DNA of 64,000 bases from contig KZ538302.1 of the NCBI GenBank assembly GCA_000934665.2, positions 1 through 64,000 on the forward strand, given 5' to 3'. The notes under the pieces were generated by a model. The model saw only the letters and a list, made by a program, of their open reading frames with translations, did no database searches and was not told the origin of the DNA. Below are positions 18,401 through 33,400 of this stretch, piece after piece. The position numbers and the translations under genes were made by a program. Positions within the stretch are counted from its first letter, which is position 1; each line of letters begins with the position of its first letter. This DNA comes from Catajapyx aquilonaris. Its lineage: Eukaryota.

Positions 18401-21400
18401 CCCCCTCCGCCCATGTGGTATCCTCCCCCGCCCGACCCCCTCCTCATGGAAGACCCACGACTGTCCATCATGTGACCCCCTCCGCCATACCTCCCTCCTC
18501 CCCCACCAGACAAGGGCGGGGGAGGTGGGAGTCCTCCTCCTCCTCCCCCTCCCCCTCCTCCTCCGCCCCCACCTCCTCCTCCGCTCCTCATGGGCAGGGT
18601 CCCGCGGGCACCCTTGGCATTCGGGTCCCCATAGCCGCCGTACTCCGGGGAGAAGAAGTCGTCGTAATTGTGCGGGTCGTACGGGTTGTTCACGCCCTTG
18701 ATGGGAGACTGAAACAGACGCAGGGTGGAAATTAAACCAAGCTATCATCCTCATCGTGGCTTTACAACCACCTCATGCAATGCTGCATGACTTTGGAAAT
18801 GCGTATGTGGGCATTACTCGACATTTTACATTCAACTGGCCCACTGATGGTGCACTGCAGTTCCACAAAGTCATTTAGGCTCATTACAATTCCAAAGTGA
18901 AATAAACGTTACTACCTAGTACGTTACTTTTCAACAAATGTGGAAGTGAACTTTAGTTCTACAGCCACCGGCTTGGGACCTTTGGTTCAACTGAACCATA
19001 AAAATGTATGTTCCAACCCACCTCCTTCAGGAGCTCCAAAATCTGCTGTACGCAGTCCCTGCATACTTCAGCCGACCCTGTGATCTGCACCACTCGGTCT
19101 GTGCTCAACGGACAGCAGTTGCTGTACACTTTGATCTGGGTCCCGGTGTTCTGCAAAGACGCAATCAATTAGTACAACGCCAGTCCACAACCACATGTGA
19201 GACAGCGCACCCTTAGCTCGCCCCATCCCAGCCAAAACCAAGAGGCCCCGAGAATCCCTTGCACTCTCCTGTCCCATCGCAACCCAACTGAAGCCTGAGT
19301 GTCCCTTCCTCCCCATCACACCTGCCTCCTGTTCCCCTCTTCCTGTCCCACCAAAGGACTCCCCCGCCACATGGGGCGGGGCGCACACACACACTCACAT
19401 GCACAAAAGGCTGCCCACTGGTCTACCCATGCCCACCTGGCCAAGCACCCCCCTCCCCCTCCTTCCATCCCACCCCCATTCTCCTGCAACACACCTGGTC
19501 AGTCCCCCCATCAACCCACCACCTGTCCCAATGCTAACGGACCAAAAAACCACTCCCCAAGTTCCCCTTTTTTTATATATTTAATCTCCTTCCCCAACAT
19601 TTTTCACATGCTTTATTTCCCTAGCTGTCAATCTCCGGGAAAGCTTTCCAGGATAATGCAAGTCGCAGCAGTAACGGTCCAGCCGCAATATAATATAATA
19701 TATTTAAAAATATTTAAAAATGTACAAAGAAGCTTAAATCACGGCATTTCCTCAATTGCGGTACGGAGTAAGGTAGCAGAAGCTCAAACTTGTGCCGTAG
19801 AGGCCAACTTAAGTAACCCACCCCCCCACCCCGGTCCCATTGAACTCACTCAAGTGCAACCAAACTTAAGCCTCTAAAATTAGTGTGGGGTGTGCAACGC
19901 CTACATTTTACATGCCCCAATCTATTTTTAGTCCCAAAATTTCGTCGGTTGGACTGGGGGGGGGGGGGGGGGNNNNNNNNNNNNNNNNNNNNNNNNNNNN
20001 NNNNNNNNNNNNNNNNNNNNNNNNNNNNNNNNNNNNNNNNNNNNNNNNNNNNNNNNNNNNNNNNNGGTCCCCCCCCCCCCCCCCGGGCTTCTTCTTTATT
20101 TAAAGTGCCTGTTAAATCGCCTCTGTCCGTTACCAGAAAAATCGCGTGCGAAATGCAGGCCAAAAACTACACCTGGGGTCCTCCATTTCCTATCCCACGC
20201 CCTCCCTAGACAGGGAGGTCATTCGCTTTTTTTTTCCCTTGTTCCCATGGGGGCACGTGCCCCGCACCACCAACAAACAGGGCGGACTTGACCCTACTGA
20301 CCCACTGTCCCACAACAATACAGCGCATTGTCCTCCAGAACCAGGCTGTTATTTTAATACGTTAATAATAAATTAATATGTGGTTCCATAATGAGTGACA
20401 CCGTTCAAACAGCCAGCCTGGTGACGCACGTGGTAGCTTGTCAAGAGCCGTCAAAGAAGGCTTGGCAACTTTACAAGTGCGATATGAGACTGTACTCACC
20501 TCTCGTAGCTCCTTGATCTTGAACCCGGATTTCCCAATGATGCATCCCGCCTGGCTCTGGTGCACCAGCATCCGCAGCTCTGTCTCAGCCGGACGATCTG
20601 GGGAGCGACCCAACGCCTGGAAAAGCCAACAAGTGTGTGTTGTGTACGTGACAGACATGCTCAAACAGGTCGGGGACAACAAAGGAGCTTACATCTTCCA
20701 GGTTGGGTATCACTTGTTCCAAGACGTGTAGGACAATGTCCTGGTCACCTGTCACTGTCAGGATCCTGCAATGGGAGAGAGTCAACACAGTCATGGATGA
20801 ATTCGACTGTGGGGCTTCCTTGCCCTCTTCGCAAACACCAGTGGGAGGCAGTGGCGGACTCGAGCCGTAATGGTGCGGCATGAACAATACCACTCCGGCA
20901 CTGGTGCTTGCGAATCAGCTTTTTCAGTTGTGAACTAACTGCCGATTTCTTGCTGCCAATCAAAGTGTGGTGACCACAATATTTTACGACACAAAATTTG
21001 CTTACTAGTAACAACCTGGAATAGAACTGCTAAATTACTCCTCATAAAACGAAATACCCATGATTAGTGTGCGGATTAGTGAAAATGTTAAAAGATCCAA
21101 ATACAGAAGGTGAAAACCAAAGGATTTACAGAAGAACAAAAAAGCAACAAGTGACCTTTTTGTTTATGACGCGAGCGTAGAGTCGTCCTATACAATATGC
21201 ACCCAAGTACATCCCCAACGTTACATGTTACGCCAAAAAAAATAAACCCAGAAGCGTTCAAAAGTTTTCCGGCAATTTTGGCACTACATGGTGGGTACAA
21301 AAGGAGAAAAAAAAAAGTCGTAGATTGGTTGACCTGGGAAATGTAAATCACCGGAAGAGAAGCATTACATTTGGAGTTATGCAGTATTTTTCTGTGGGTT

Positions 21401-24400
21401 AGGCAGAGTCGGGGCCTTTTTTTTTGTGTGTGGGGCGCACATTTTGCTTTTCAATGGGGGTTGTCCATTTTGGATACTAGAAATTTAGGGTCTGTCATGA
21501 TAATAATGCATGGACATGGGCTCTGATCATAGCGACCTAAATGCAAGACGCCAAGCTTCAGCGGGCACGATTTCACTTTTGCATTGTTGGGTCGTGCAAG
21601 TGACACCAGACGGGCATGTGTGATGGTACCGCTTGCACACCTGATGGGTCTGCATCAGTCGGCCCCATCGCAGCCCTCCAGCGACGCAAACAAAACCCGA
21701 CCCAGTTGAAGCTGGCGACGTTGCATTAATTTGCAGCCAATTGCTCCCAGAAGGGACGAAGATAACTCATGACAGCGTATGTGCTTGCTCTAACGGCAAC
21801 GTCAACATGCCATGCTACTAAAGACCATCTCTAGAGTTTGCTGGTGATTGGGGCAGGGGGGACAGCTTCCAATTGTGACAAATTTGGGGGTTTGCGAATT
21901 TGGGGGTGTTTGTTTGGCCTTGGGGGGGTTTTCCTATGCGCTCTTTTTGGCTGACACACCTTGTACCACCTGGAGTTCTAGAGATAGTCCCGTGAAAGCT
22001 GGGCTACATAATGGAGGAGGCTCAGAGTCAAAAGAAATAAATAAATGAGTAAATAAATATGTATAAATAAAAATGAATATAAACCTTGGGAGATTTGTAA
22101 AAAAAATCCATGACAATTACCGTTCGGGCCCGGGGCAATCGGGGACTGATATGGAAGCTTTGTTCTGCATTGAGGAGGGCCAAATTTCCAATTTTCCATT
22201 CACAGGCAGGGCGGGCATCGGCGTTCGGCAGAGTGGACATTGTAGTAGTAGTAGTAGTAGGGGCGGGTTGCCAGTCATGGGATTGATCATTTTGAGACCA
22301 ATCGGGACCAATCAGAGGGGCCACGGCGATCGACGGGGGCGGGCGAGCGAGCAGTGGCATTGGGAAAAATAGAAAAAAGTCAGGGGGAGGGCTCTGAGTA
22401 AGCAAAGTGCTGCTTGCCTTTTGGCATCACTTTCTGGAACGAAAAGCACCTAACAAAGTTCTGTCAAAAAAGAAATGAAAAAAGAGAAAAATATATATGT
22501 ATATATGGCCCCCAAAGTCAGCAGGATGGCGGATGTCCACGGGATCATCCTGGAGGCAACCGAGATGCGCTTTGCCGCAGATTCTGAGTCCCCGGTCACT
22601 CGGATCAGTCTCGTTCGAGTCATCTCGTATCTTGCGGATGCTGGTTGTGCGGGGACTCAGAATCGTTGGGGCGGCCATCCATGAACCTACTCGTAGCTCT
22701 CCACAAGAATTCCCATGGATTTGTGTGGCAATCGCAATCTCCTCCAGGTTGCCCGTGGCCATCGTAATGTCCTTGGTGCACAAAAAATGTGTATTTGGGC
22801 AATACAAAAAAATATTTTCCAGGGTGTAATGTACATAGGGCTCCTAAACAAACAAACAAGGAACTAAAAAGTATGAACTATCCTGCACTGTGAGAGTAGT
22901 CAAAAAAAATATACATACGTGCCCCCAGGAAGCCCAAGTTAAAAAGTTTTTTTTTTTTTTGAGGGGGGGGGTGGGAGATTGAAGCTGTACAATCTACAGC
23001 CTACAAGGCGCTCCCTGAATCAAGCCATGTGTATACACGGGGATGGAAAAAGACTAGACATGTGACCACGTACCTCGTTCCTCAGTCGTGTGATGTTATG
23101 CCCTCCTTTACCAATGACCGATCCAGCAGCCTGGTAGGGAGTTAAAACAAAAAGGTCATATTATATCAGGTCACTTTTTTTTAATACAAAAATTAGCTTC
23201 ACCACATTAGAGGGAACAGAGCCCTTTTATGGGGGTGGATTACCACCATTCACCAGGTCACAATTGTGATGCCGGTTCACACAGGTCCATAGTTGCAACA
23301 GGTGTCATCCCCCATTTTAAAATCTGATCGTGAATAAATTTAAAGCAAATCGCACACACCAGGGGCGGGCACCCAAACGCGCCCATTTTCAAACTTCATA
23401 AACTTAATACACAATCATGATTAGACCCTTCTGAATGTGTGCCACCGGGCCCATTCCGGCGCCCGAAAAAGTCAACCACCTAATTAGAATAAGACGAGCC
23501 CCACCAGGGGGGAGCTGGGCATGAAAAGGGCAGCAGGTCGGTCCCCAAAATCTGACCTTTTTTTACCTTCCCGCCAAACGTGATCAATACCCCCCCNNNN
23601 NNNAAAAAAAAAATCTGCATTTTATATCGGACAATGCGCGCGCAGCATCGAGTCGGTGAGGCCCACCTTTGGGGATGCGCCAACCGCAAGGAATCGATTG
23701 TTGCCTGACAATGAGGAATGGCAGAAGAAGAAAGGGAAAAAGGAATGGTGTTACTGGCAGGAACACACGGAATTGGAATCATCCCCGTCGCGTGTCAGAA
23801 CCCCAGGAATTGGCACAACAAAAGGGGAGCCGCACAACAATGCCAGAGAGAGAGAGGAGCTGAATTTCGATGAGGGTGTGTGCGCTACAGGTGCCCCCCC
23901 GACGATACATTTCCAGCCTGAAGGCTTTAGGCGCTCGCGAAATCGTCTGTGTCGCCGAAAAATACGTTCGGCGAATTTCATTTAAGCCGAATGGTCAGTC
24001 GCCGAATGGTCAGTCGCCGAGTTTATCGCGGACCCGTCACAACTGGTGGAGGCCCGTGTGAACACACTGGTGCGACATCCCCCCCCAACACAAACAAAGG
24101 ACCCGACTTACCTTGCTGTGAATGAGGAGACGCAGCTCCGTGTCTCCAACCACGGGGACTCGAGCCCTCTTCTGCAGGGACCCCATGTCATCCTCCGCCT
24201 CTCGCTTCATGCCTGTCAAGGACCAGAAAACAGGAACCAGATAAGCCTATGTGGGGGGTGGATCATCAAAAGAGAACAAGCCGCACATAGGGGGGGGGGG
24301 GGGGGGGGNGGGCAACAGGTTGGTTTCAACCCAACCCCCCACACCCCACACGCGCCACATCCACACCCATGTCACGCTTTAGCTCATGTGAATACACCTT

Positions 24401-27400
24401 GTAATCCTCTTTCGGTAAGGTGGGAACAATACCGGATACTGTGACAGGCCATGTTCAGCCACATTCTGAAACTTCACCATGGCGATACACGTTAACAATA
24501 TAGGGTGTAAACAATATCCATCCGATTTACAAAAACCACGGTCAAAATCCTAGCAATCCATCGCGGGATTATTTCCTCGCTTCGCACGGATCCCCGCGGA
24601 AAGAGTTGTGCAAACAACCCCCCCTGTATGCACAATGACGCATGGACTAGAGTCGGGAGGGGGGCATCGCATCATTTTTATTAACGCAAAAAAATGTCCG
24701 GGTAAAACCGAACATCCCCACCCAATCCCAGGGTAATTCCGTTCCGCCTCAATTTACCGCCCGAAAGACTCCACCGAGATTGGATAAGACCTCTGGGCGA
24801 ACCGTCTCATCCAGACACGGGGGGTGGAGGGGGGGGGGGGGGCACGGGAAGGGAGAAAGGTTACTGCATGCGTCACCTCGCCTGATTAATTAATATTCGC
24901 CGTTTCCCCCCCTCGCTTCATGTCAATACCATAGCACTGCAGGGTTGGGGGTCAACGGAAACCTCTCTACAAACTAAAAAAAAAAAAACTAGAATCGATC
25001 CGGCAATCGGTGACGATCTACCGAATAATTCGGGCCCTCAAGGCATTCCGCGAGGGGAACTCGCGAAGAGCCTATTCCGCGAATACCCTATCCCCGCGAA
25101 GCGACGCGACAGTCCTACAAGGAGAGTAGCCCTTACTGAACTGTGAACTCCCCGATACTGCGAGCAGCCCTTACTGAACGCCTCTGCCATGAGAAGCCCT
25201 TACTGAATTCCCAGCTACTGCGAGTAGCCCTTACTGAACGCCTCTGCCATGAGAAGCCCTTACTGAAAGTACCCCTTAGTGAACACCCCTCGCCATGAGA
25301 AGCCCTTACTGAACGCCTCTGCCATGAGAAGCCCTAACTGAATACCACTCGCCATGAGGGTATCCCTTACCAGGGACTCCTAGTGGTCAACCATCCCGTC
25401 CAGACTGTACCCCCCTGATCAAGGGTGTAGTTTGTGTCCGTACCNNNNNNNNNNNNNNNNNNNNNNNNNNNNNNNNNNNNNNNNNNNNNNNNNNNNNNNN
25501 NNNNNNNNNNNNNNNNNNNNNNNNNNNNNNNNNNNNNNNNNNNNNNNNNNNNNNNNGGGGGGGGGGGGGGGGGGGGGGGGGGGGTGAGTTGCTCCAACCC
25601 GCAGACCCGCAGGCCCCACGAACCGCCCTGCAGTGGGCACCGTATCGATCTCTCGGAAAATAGAGAGAAGCGAGCGAGGGGGCTGAAAATGGGGAGCGCA
25701 AACGGGGCGGAGGCCATCCATTCCATAGGTTTCGCAAAAAAAAAGGTAAACAAGTGCGTACAGGACAACGTACCGGTCGCGTATTCCCAAATCACCAGGC
25801 ACACGACCACGGTGCTGCACCATCACCAAAAAACCGCGGCACTCACATTTCCGCCTCGCGTGGATGTGGCAGAGGAAAGGGGGGGTTGACACCGGGTTGA
25901 CAAAAGGGGCGCGGTCACTATACACAAACCCGCACACGGGATCAGTGCCGGACGTGTCGGGGTGGGTATGCTGACTTGGGTCGCTGGGTCGCTGGGTCGG
26001 AAGTGGGGGTTTTTGGCGAGGGGTTGCGCGCATCGACCCAGGCGCACAGGACGCCGGCGCCGGCGCTTGACGACGCTTCCCTGCTGCCACCCCTAAACTT
26101 TCAAAAAACCTACCCGAAATATATATTTTTTGAAAAGAAAAAAAAAAGCCTGTAAATAAATCAAAAATGATTGTCGCCAAATGTGAAGTCCTAACCATTG
26201 CGGACCATTCCGTCTCCCCACAGGGCAACGACCCGACAGTGGGTCAAAGTCGCACCTTAAGAGTACACCACACCCGCACTTAACCTGATGGCAAAAACCC
26301 TCTCCCGGATTGATCTCACCTGGAAGAGACACGCACCCCCGGATTGTAATCAGGTAAATGGCATCGAGGTAATTACCCCCCTACTCTCTGGCCCATCGAT
26401 CCCTACCGACCCAGACCTTTGTTGCGCCAAAAGGATATCTTCTTTCCACTGCAGTTGCCAAGAGCCCCCCCATATTCTCGCCCGAGAGGCTCTGGGCGAT
26501 CGTTATTCCACCCCCAAAACTGGGTCGACCCACAAGAGACGGACTAGATACGCCCCTGCTGATTCCATGTTTCCCTACCCGCCGGCCACACTTTATAGTT
26601 TCCCATTGATTTTCAGTCGCTGAATATATCCCTCCAGGTTGACTTAACAATCATCAATAAACTGGCCGCGGCCATCGGGAGAGCCCCACCTGTGCAAATG
26701 TCCTCTGCACTTACCAGTAATCACCAGGTGGGTGGGGTCCCATTACGAAAATGCACGTGGGACATCCACACGGGACACATTCCGGACACTCCAGCTAAAC
26801 ACGGGTGTTATTTACCCCCCACTCGGTACGCTCATCGATTATGGATAATTAAGCTGCATTACACGGTACACTGCAATCTGTCCGTGGGCATCCTTGCACT
26901 AAGGGGCATACCCTTCCAGCAGTGAATTAATGCAATGATCAGGGAGGGGTCGCCCTGAAGTAAAGAGCAGCCGGTAGCTGGGCCGCCATTGTGACGGACC
27001 GTCCCCCCCACGGACAAAGAACTGACCTGGTATCCCTCCCATATGGTAGTCCTGCATGGTGGCACTCACACCATGGACACACCAAGCACACAGCCCAGTC
27101 GGACATCCTTTGACCACGGCTGCAAATGGCGCCTCCGCTTTAAAACCCGGTCACGTGGCGCCGCCAAACATAAGAGGCGTTAATGGTACACCTGCCACGT
27201 CCTGATTGGTCAGGTTCGAAAAATGGCGACTATTGCGATAGGCTCCTTTGGTTAGGTGGGGGAGGTGCCCCCCCTCCAAAAAGCCGACCACCACGGCAAT
27301 ACCACTTTGCGGGAACCGTAGGAAGGTTTGCATGACGTGATTGATTGTTCGCATGCTAACCTCAAAAAAAAGCCTCCGGTAGCCATGGTGACCATGCCCC

Positions 27401-30400
27401 CAAACAAACCCGACGGCCGAGACGCGGGACTGGCGCCTAGGCACCAACAATACACGGGGACACCTTAGCGGAACGGTGACGTCACCACGAAAATGCTAAC
27501 GGCGGGGTCACGCCAATGTTTGGATCCATAGTAGCCATGGTGACACGTAGGCGCGGCTCCTTCAAAAAAAAAATAAAGTGACATGGGACTGTCCATAATT
27601 ATCGGACGCCACGTGGGTGCTGGTATCGAACCCCCCCTATCGATTGTAGGAGGGTTGAACCCGGTTCATCTCAGACTCAGAAAATCGGGGTCAGGACAGA
27701 TAACGAACTGGCGCCCACAAACTTCGGAAGAGATGTACCGGCCGTAAAACAACGGAGGTCAGCCGGCGCCTATGGGACGTCGTAAAACGGCCGAACTTCG
27801 ATTGGGGAGGGACGTGACAATACCGCCCCCCCCCCCCCNGCCCCCCCCCCCCCCTCCTATAAAAATGGACCAAAAATTAGTACGGGCTATTAGGACCTGC
27901 ACTTCCAGACAGTACAGCCGAGAACAATGATGTAGCGACCCATGAGGCAACCCAAACTTCTGTCCCCTTCAATCCTAACTTCCACTAATTAGCCTCTAAT
28001 TAGAGTTCCAGTTCCATTGTCTGTACATCCACAGAAATTAGGATAAATAAATCTCTTCCGGGGCGGGCCATCATGAATGAAATCCTCCGAAAATCCGTTG
28101 TGCAGGATCGATACACCTTGTACCTGTCTCCGTCAGGTGGGTACCGATCCATTTCGAGGGAGGCATCCTCTGTCATTTCAGAGAAACGGTGCCCACACCA
28201 GGATAAGGTCACAGAAAACAGCGAAACGAGGATTTTCCAAGCCTGCTCCCGCGAAACGAGGATTTCCTAAGCCTGCTCCCGCGAAGCGAGCCTTTTCCAA
28301 GCCTGCTCTCGAGAAACGAGGATTTTCCAAGCCTGCTCCCGTAAAACGAGGATTTTCCAAGCCTGCTCTCAAGAAACGAGGATTTTCCAAGCCTGCGACC
28401 GCGAAGCCTGCCGTTTCCCGTTTTGCCAACTGATTATTTTAGGACATACGTTGCGTTTGGTAGTAGCGTATTTCTGGCAACTATTTCGATCCAGTCTTGC
28501 CCTCAATTACACGCCTACGCTTCCAACCAATTGCAACATTTATACCATGAAAATGGAAAACCCCCCGCAAGTTTCTCACATCGCAATGAATGTTTACATG
28601 ACCCATTTTTGAATACGGTGCCGCGTCCGACACACCCTGTACCGTCCAGCCATTGCACAAACACGCCGTTCGCCTTTTTATCCATCTAAATTTTCCATAT
28701 ATTCCTCCGCCGATTTCGCCGTCTGATATCGAATGTCCATATAGGCAACTCCCGTACTTGCCATTCAACCGCCGCCTTGCAAATTTGATGAGCTCTTTGT
28801 CATGAAATGTGCATGGCGAAGAAGCCGATTGAGGGTGATGGGTGGGGTGGAGGGGGGTGGGACAAACTCCCCCCCCCCCCTCCTCCCCATACTCTTATCG
28901 TGCCTAAACGCTGCGTTGTTCCTTTGTGATTGGTAGTTGCCCTAGCAACGCGCAGGTTTCGTGGGCAAACTTTGGACGGCCACACGCAAGCAGCTCGTCA
29001 AATGAAGTCGCAGCCAGATAGACCCCACGCGGTACTGTACTTTATACTTTTTAAAATATATATTTAAATTAAAAAAAATCGCATCAAACATTGCCCCGAG
29101 GCAGCCCCGGGATTGCTCCAAAGCGAGAGCCTCAGGACAGTACAAACATCCAACCAATTAAACAAGAAAATCCAACAGCCAATATTGACCAACCCCCTGC
29201 GGTGCTGCGCCTGCATGCATGCAACACGGTGCGCAACAGACGCGCATGGGTTGCGTGCACTGCAGGATACACCGGTATCAAACGGAATGGCATATGACGT
29301 CCTATCAAATATGCACGTATACTGTACTTTCGGCAGACATTTCGGCGGTGCATGTTAAATAAAAGATCTGTGTTTGGCCCCTCCATATACTGTGCGTCAA
29401 CAACTTAAATATGCAACCGGTTTCAGATTTAGGACAGATTCCGGAACTCACCGATATGTCTGGACACCTCCAACGATGTGTCTAACACCAGTATAGTGAC
29501 TAGGAAAAGCTATTTCGGTATCTCTCGAGTCCTTTTGGCAGGGGCATGAGTGGCGACGACAGCTCTCAGGAGATGAGAGACAACAATGACGAGATGGCAG
29601 AAAATACATGTGTCGACCCTACTGGCGAAACTCCAACTGGCCAACCCGCGAATTTATGACCAAACACTCCATTGGCCCCTTACACTTGTTTTGTCATTTC
29701 CCCAACAATGTTTTGTCTTCCTTAACAAACGGTCCCACATTCTTTTCCCATTTACTTTAAACCGGTGGCCGATTTGCAACCCATCCATCTCCCCTGTCGA
29801 ATCCTCAGCCAGTGACAATACCCTCTATTCATGCCAACACCTTTTCGCACCCCCCTAAAGGCAAGGTCGGAATGTCAAGATTAACTTGGAAGATGATGCT
29901 TGGATGAATAGACGGATGCCTTCCCGTCTGGTCTGATGCCAACTTGATACCCTCCACCAATTACAGGAGGTGTCAGATCCTTATAGTGCTAGTAGATGGC
30001 GCGCGCTTCTCTTAGGCACTGGAGCAGGAGTCGGAATGCGCCCTAGGTCGTGCCTTATATGTCACGACCTATTCGGCGGGCGAATATCAAACTGGCTCCA
30101 CTCAAAAAACCAAGTTGGGCTCTAAAAATCGGTCAAAAAATCCTGATTCCGAGGGTATAAGCGATTTTTCTGAGAGGCGAGCTGTCAAAGTCTCAGAATT
30201 TGCGTCGTCTGCTAATGAGCTGCCCCGCCAGTCTAGCCCATCCCACTAGTCCGCGCCGCCACCGGGTACTAGGCGAAACTGGTTTGGACCTGAAAGTCGG
30301 GAGGTGGCCGGATGAAGACTGTGGCACGGACCAAAGATGGCTGAGGATTATCCCAATTTATGCCCAGACCCGGGAGAGGCGCTGCTCTTTTGCGCCAGAT

Positions 30401-33400
30401 TCGAATTGCCGAACTTTGACGGCTCGCCCTGGCCTTACCGTTCGTCTCTCAGGAAAACTGCTTATACCCTCGGAATCAGGATTTTTTTGCCCGATTTTTA
30501 GAACCCAACTTGTATTTTGAGTGGCGTGTCCGTTTAACACCCCGATTATCCATTGAAAATTGGTATAATGCCATCGTATCACCCAGGTGATAATAAACAC
30601 AGCAATTACTATGAGTGGCAAAGTCCGTCCAATCCCCATTTTTACCAAACCCCTTAAAGACGGCAAACCTGGGCGACGTCCATTAAAAATTCAGGTGTTT
30701 ACATGGCAGTGGCGGGGGAACTGGAGCAGGCGAAATACAATGGCCCTAATGGCGTAGGGGAGAATATTACAGCCTCCTGCATTATTCAAACGGGTGGTGC
30801 AGGGGCCTCCCTTGGATCATGGCGCCTGATAAGCGCCACCCGTCGTGGTAGGCACACACTAAAAAAAAAAAAAGGCAGAAGAGGACCAACCCCCCGTTTC
30901 CTTGAACCACGCCATCAAAGTTTCAGCCAGCAGCCATTAGGTTCCTTAAGTGGAGCCTTTATGATCCGGATTACTTAGCTCTCCTGGTAAAACTGGGCCG
31001 AGGTTTTTCCTCTCCCTCCCCCCCCCCTCAAAAAAAAGAGAGAGCATAGTACAGCATAGACGTGACTATTGCCCAAAATAATATTCCACATGTCCATATG
31101 TCGTGTCCTGGTAGGAAAAAAAGAATAACACCTTCCAGTTCACGCCCCCCTGTCACGTGTATGTTCATAATTCATCAGGGTGCACGCCATACAGAAACCT
31201 ATTACCGCCGATGCCATCCTAGATATCCGGTCTCTCTCAAAAGGTGCACAAACTTCTCAATAATTCCTGAATAAGTCGCCGCAAACAATATTTGCCTGCG
31301 ACGCCAGCTAGGCTCCAATAACAAGTTGCTGAACAATATTTTTGCCTATTTCAACTATATAGCCTACTATATGGATGCTAAACTTAAACTTAGCACTACT
31401 TCCAACGACACAAAGCAAACAAACCGAGAGTTCACAAACCTGAAAGTCTAAACGGTCTGTCTAAATATACAAACATATGGCATGCGGCGAATTAATATTT
31501 CATATGTTCACATTGCATGTGTACCAACTTCCAACTGCCAAAAAACTTGGGATGTACCTTCAACTATTTATTGCCGTTCCATATAGCCTAATTTCTGTTT
31601 TCTTTTCAAACAGTCCCAAGGTGCCAAGAAGGCAACTACGCACCTGTCTTTCTATAAGGGTAAACGACACTTTTAGCCAACCCTGTCGAACATTGGCTTG
31701 TACCTTCCAACCATCCAACCTGGACTAAGTTCGACGGCTCGGAATAAACCTCTCAGGCTTGCCACCAACAGTCGTAAGTCCATGGGCCAAATATCATCCC
31801 TCCTCATAAACTTACACGCTACATTTCGCAGCCAGCTCATTTGCTAACTTTAGCGTCGGTTGCGACTTGATCTGCTGTGATACATCCAGGCGCATTCGGA
31901 AGCGCGGGGGGGTCTCCATAAGGCTGGGGTAGGAATGCCACATACACTTCGCACCCCCCTATAGAAATTTATTGCCCTGGGAGCACCTAATTGCCTCAGG
32001 TGTTCCTCGCGACGGATGCTGGGCCTCCCTATTTCCCCTGGCCAGGCTGACACTGGTAGGGCCATCCGTATCCATTTGCCCCCACGCATTTTGGAAAATC
32101 TGAGAGCAAGTGTTTGTTCTGCGACTCCTCCTGGACACATAAATAAATTATCCTATTCGCCAGGCTCGGTGTCCAATTGCCTCCCCACCTTCATGACGCA
32201 TCATTCATAATAAGGATGCTAATTATTATTATATCGCATCGGTCCGAATAGCACTGTACGTCTAGCGTCCTCTATAAAGCACATTAGAAGTAAAAGTAGG
32301 CGGTTTTTTTTCTTCTTCTTCGAATAGTGACTGTCCATCACTTCTTATTAGTCCATGTGTGCCATGTGTGCCTGATTATTTTTAAATATTTAAATATTGT
32401 TAAATTATTTTTCAGATAGATATTGTAAATTAGGAAAATTATTTTTCAACTAGATTTTTTTTTTCATTACCCCACGGGGGGAGTTATGCTACTCCTTAGG
32501 GGGGGGGGGGGTTACCACCATNGGGGATGTGCAAAGTGCAAGTGCAATGTCTCTAATCGTCATTTTGTGAACTCCCCCGGGTGGCTTAGTCTATCGGAAA
32601 TTGCCACCCGAAACGAAGCCAGAGATGGCCCAACTCTGCACGAAAGAAGGTGGGAACCCCGGGTGGGGATTGAACCCGGGACCTTAACTTCCGTGGGCGC
32701 GCGCGTTACCGCGGCGCCACTCCGTCTCCCCCATTTTTCAACTAGATATTGTAAATTAGAAAAATTATTTTTCAAATAAAGATTTTAAACGAGGAAAATT
32801 ATTTTTCATATAAAGATTTTAAATAAGGCAATTTTCCTAATTTTAAAATATTTAAATATATATATTTCAATAATTCAGGCACACATGTACTAATAAGACG
32901 TAATAGACAATGTGTACAAACACTGTTCCTCATTTAAAATGAATTTTGTTTAGAAATCAGGCATACATGACATGGACTAATAAGAAGTGATAGACGGTGT
33001 GTACACAGTATACACTATTCGAAAAAACCCTTCTACTCATGATATATTCACCCCAATGCAATGTCACCAAACCCTCCATTTTCCAGAAGGGGGTTGGAAC
33101 GGGAAAGGGTTATTATAACTGCAACAGGCATGGAGGGTCGTGGTTGGCGTCCATTGGCCAAGAGGTCAACGTCAGTGCGTGTCCGCATGCACAGTATGCA
33201 CATACGCAACCTATCCAACTGTCCCTGATTGACGAACGAATAAACAGTTGCGGGGGTGGGGGGTGGAAAGAGCCTCAACAGAATATTCATGATGGGGGAG
33301 TTTTTTCCCAGTTTCAATTTTACTGTGGGATATATTTTCCCCTTCCGAAAATTATACCCTTCGAACCCCCCAAAAAACCGCAAATTTTGAGAAATCACGC

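Noticed and set aside
19955..20083. G/C tracts flanking N gaps as G-quadruplex elements
   Set aside because: Lengths are unreliable because the gaps coincide with homopolymers, and similar runs occur throughout the window.
28000..28212. Another possible hnRNP K first exon ([17 protein letters not shown])
   Set aside because: Available donors are phase 2 or 0, incompatible with the phase-1 common acceptor.
25126..28433. Regular ~29-30 bp repeats resembling a CRISPR array or repeat-protein ORFs
   Set aside because: Units are directly tandem without unique spacers, the context is eukaryotic and there are no cas genes; these are minisatellites.
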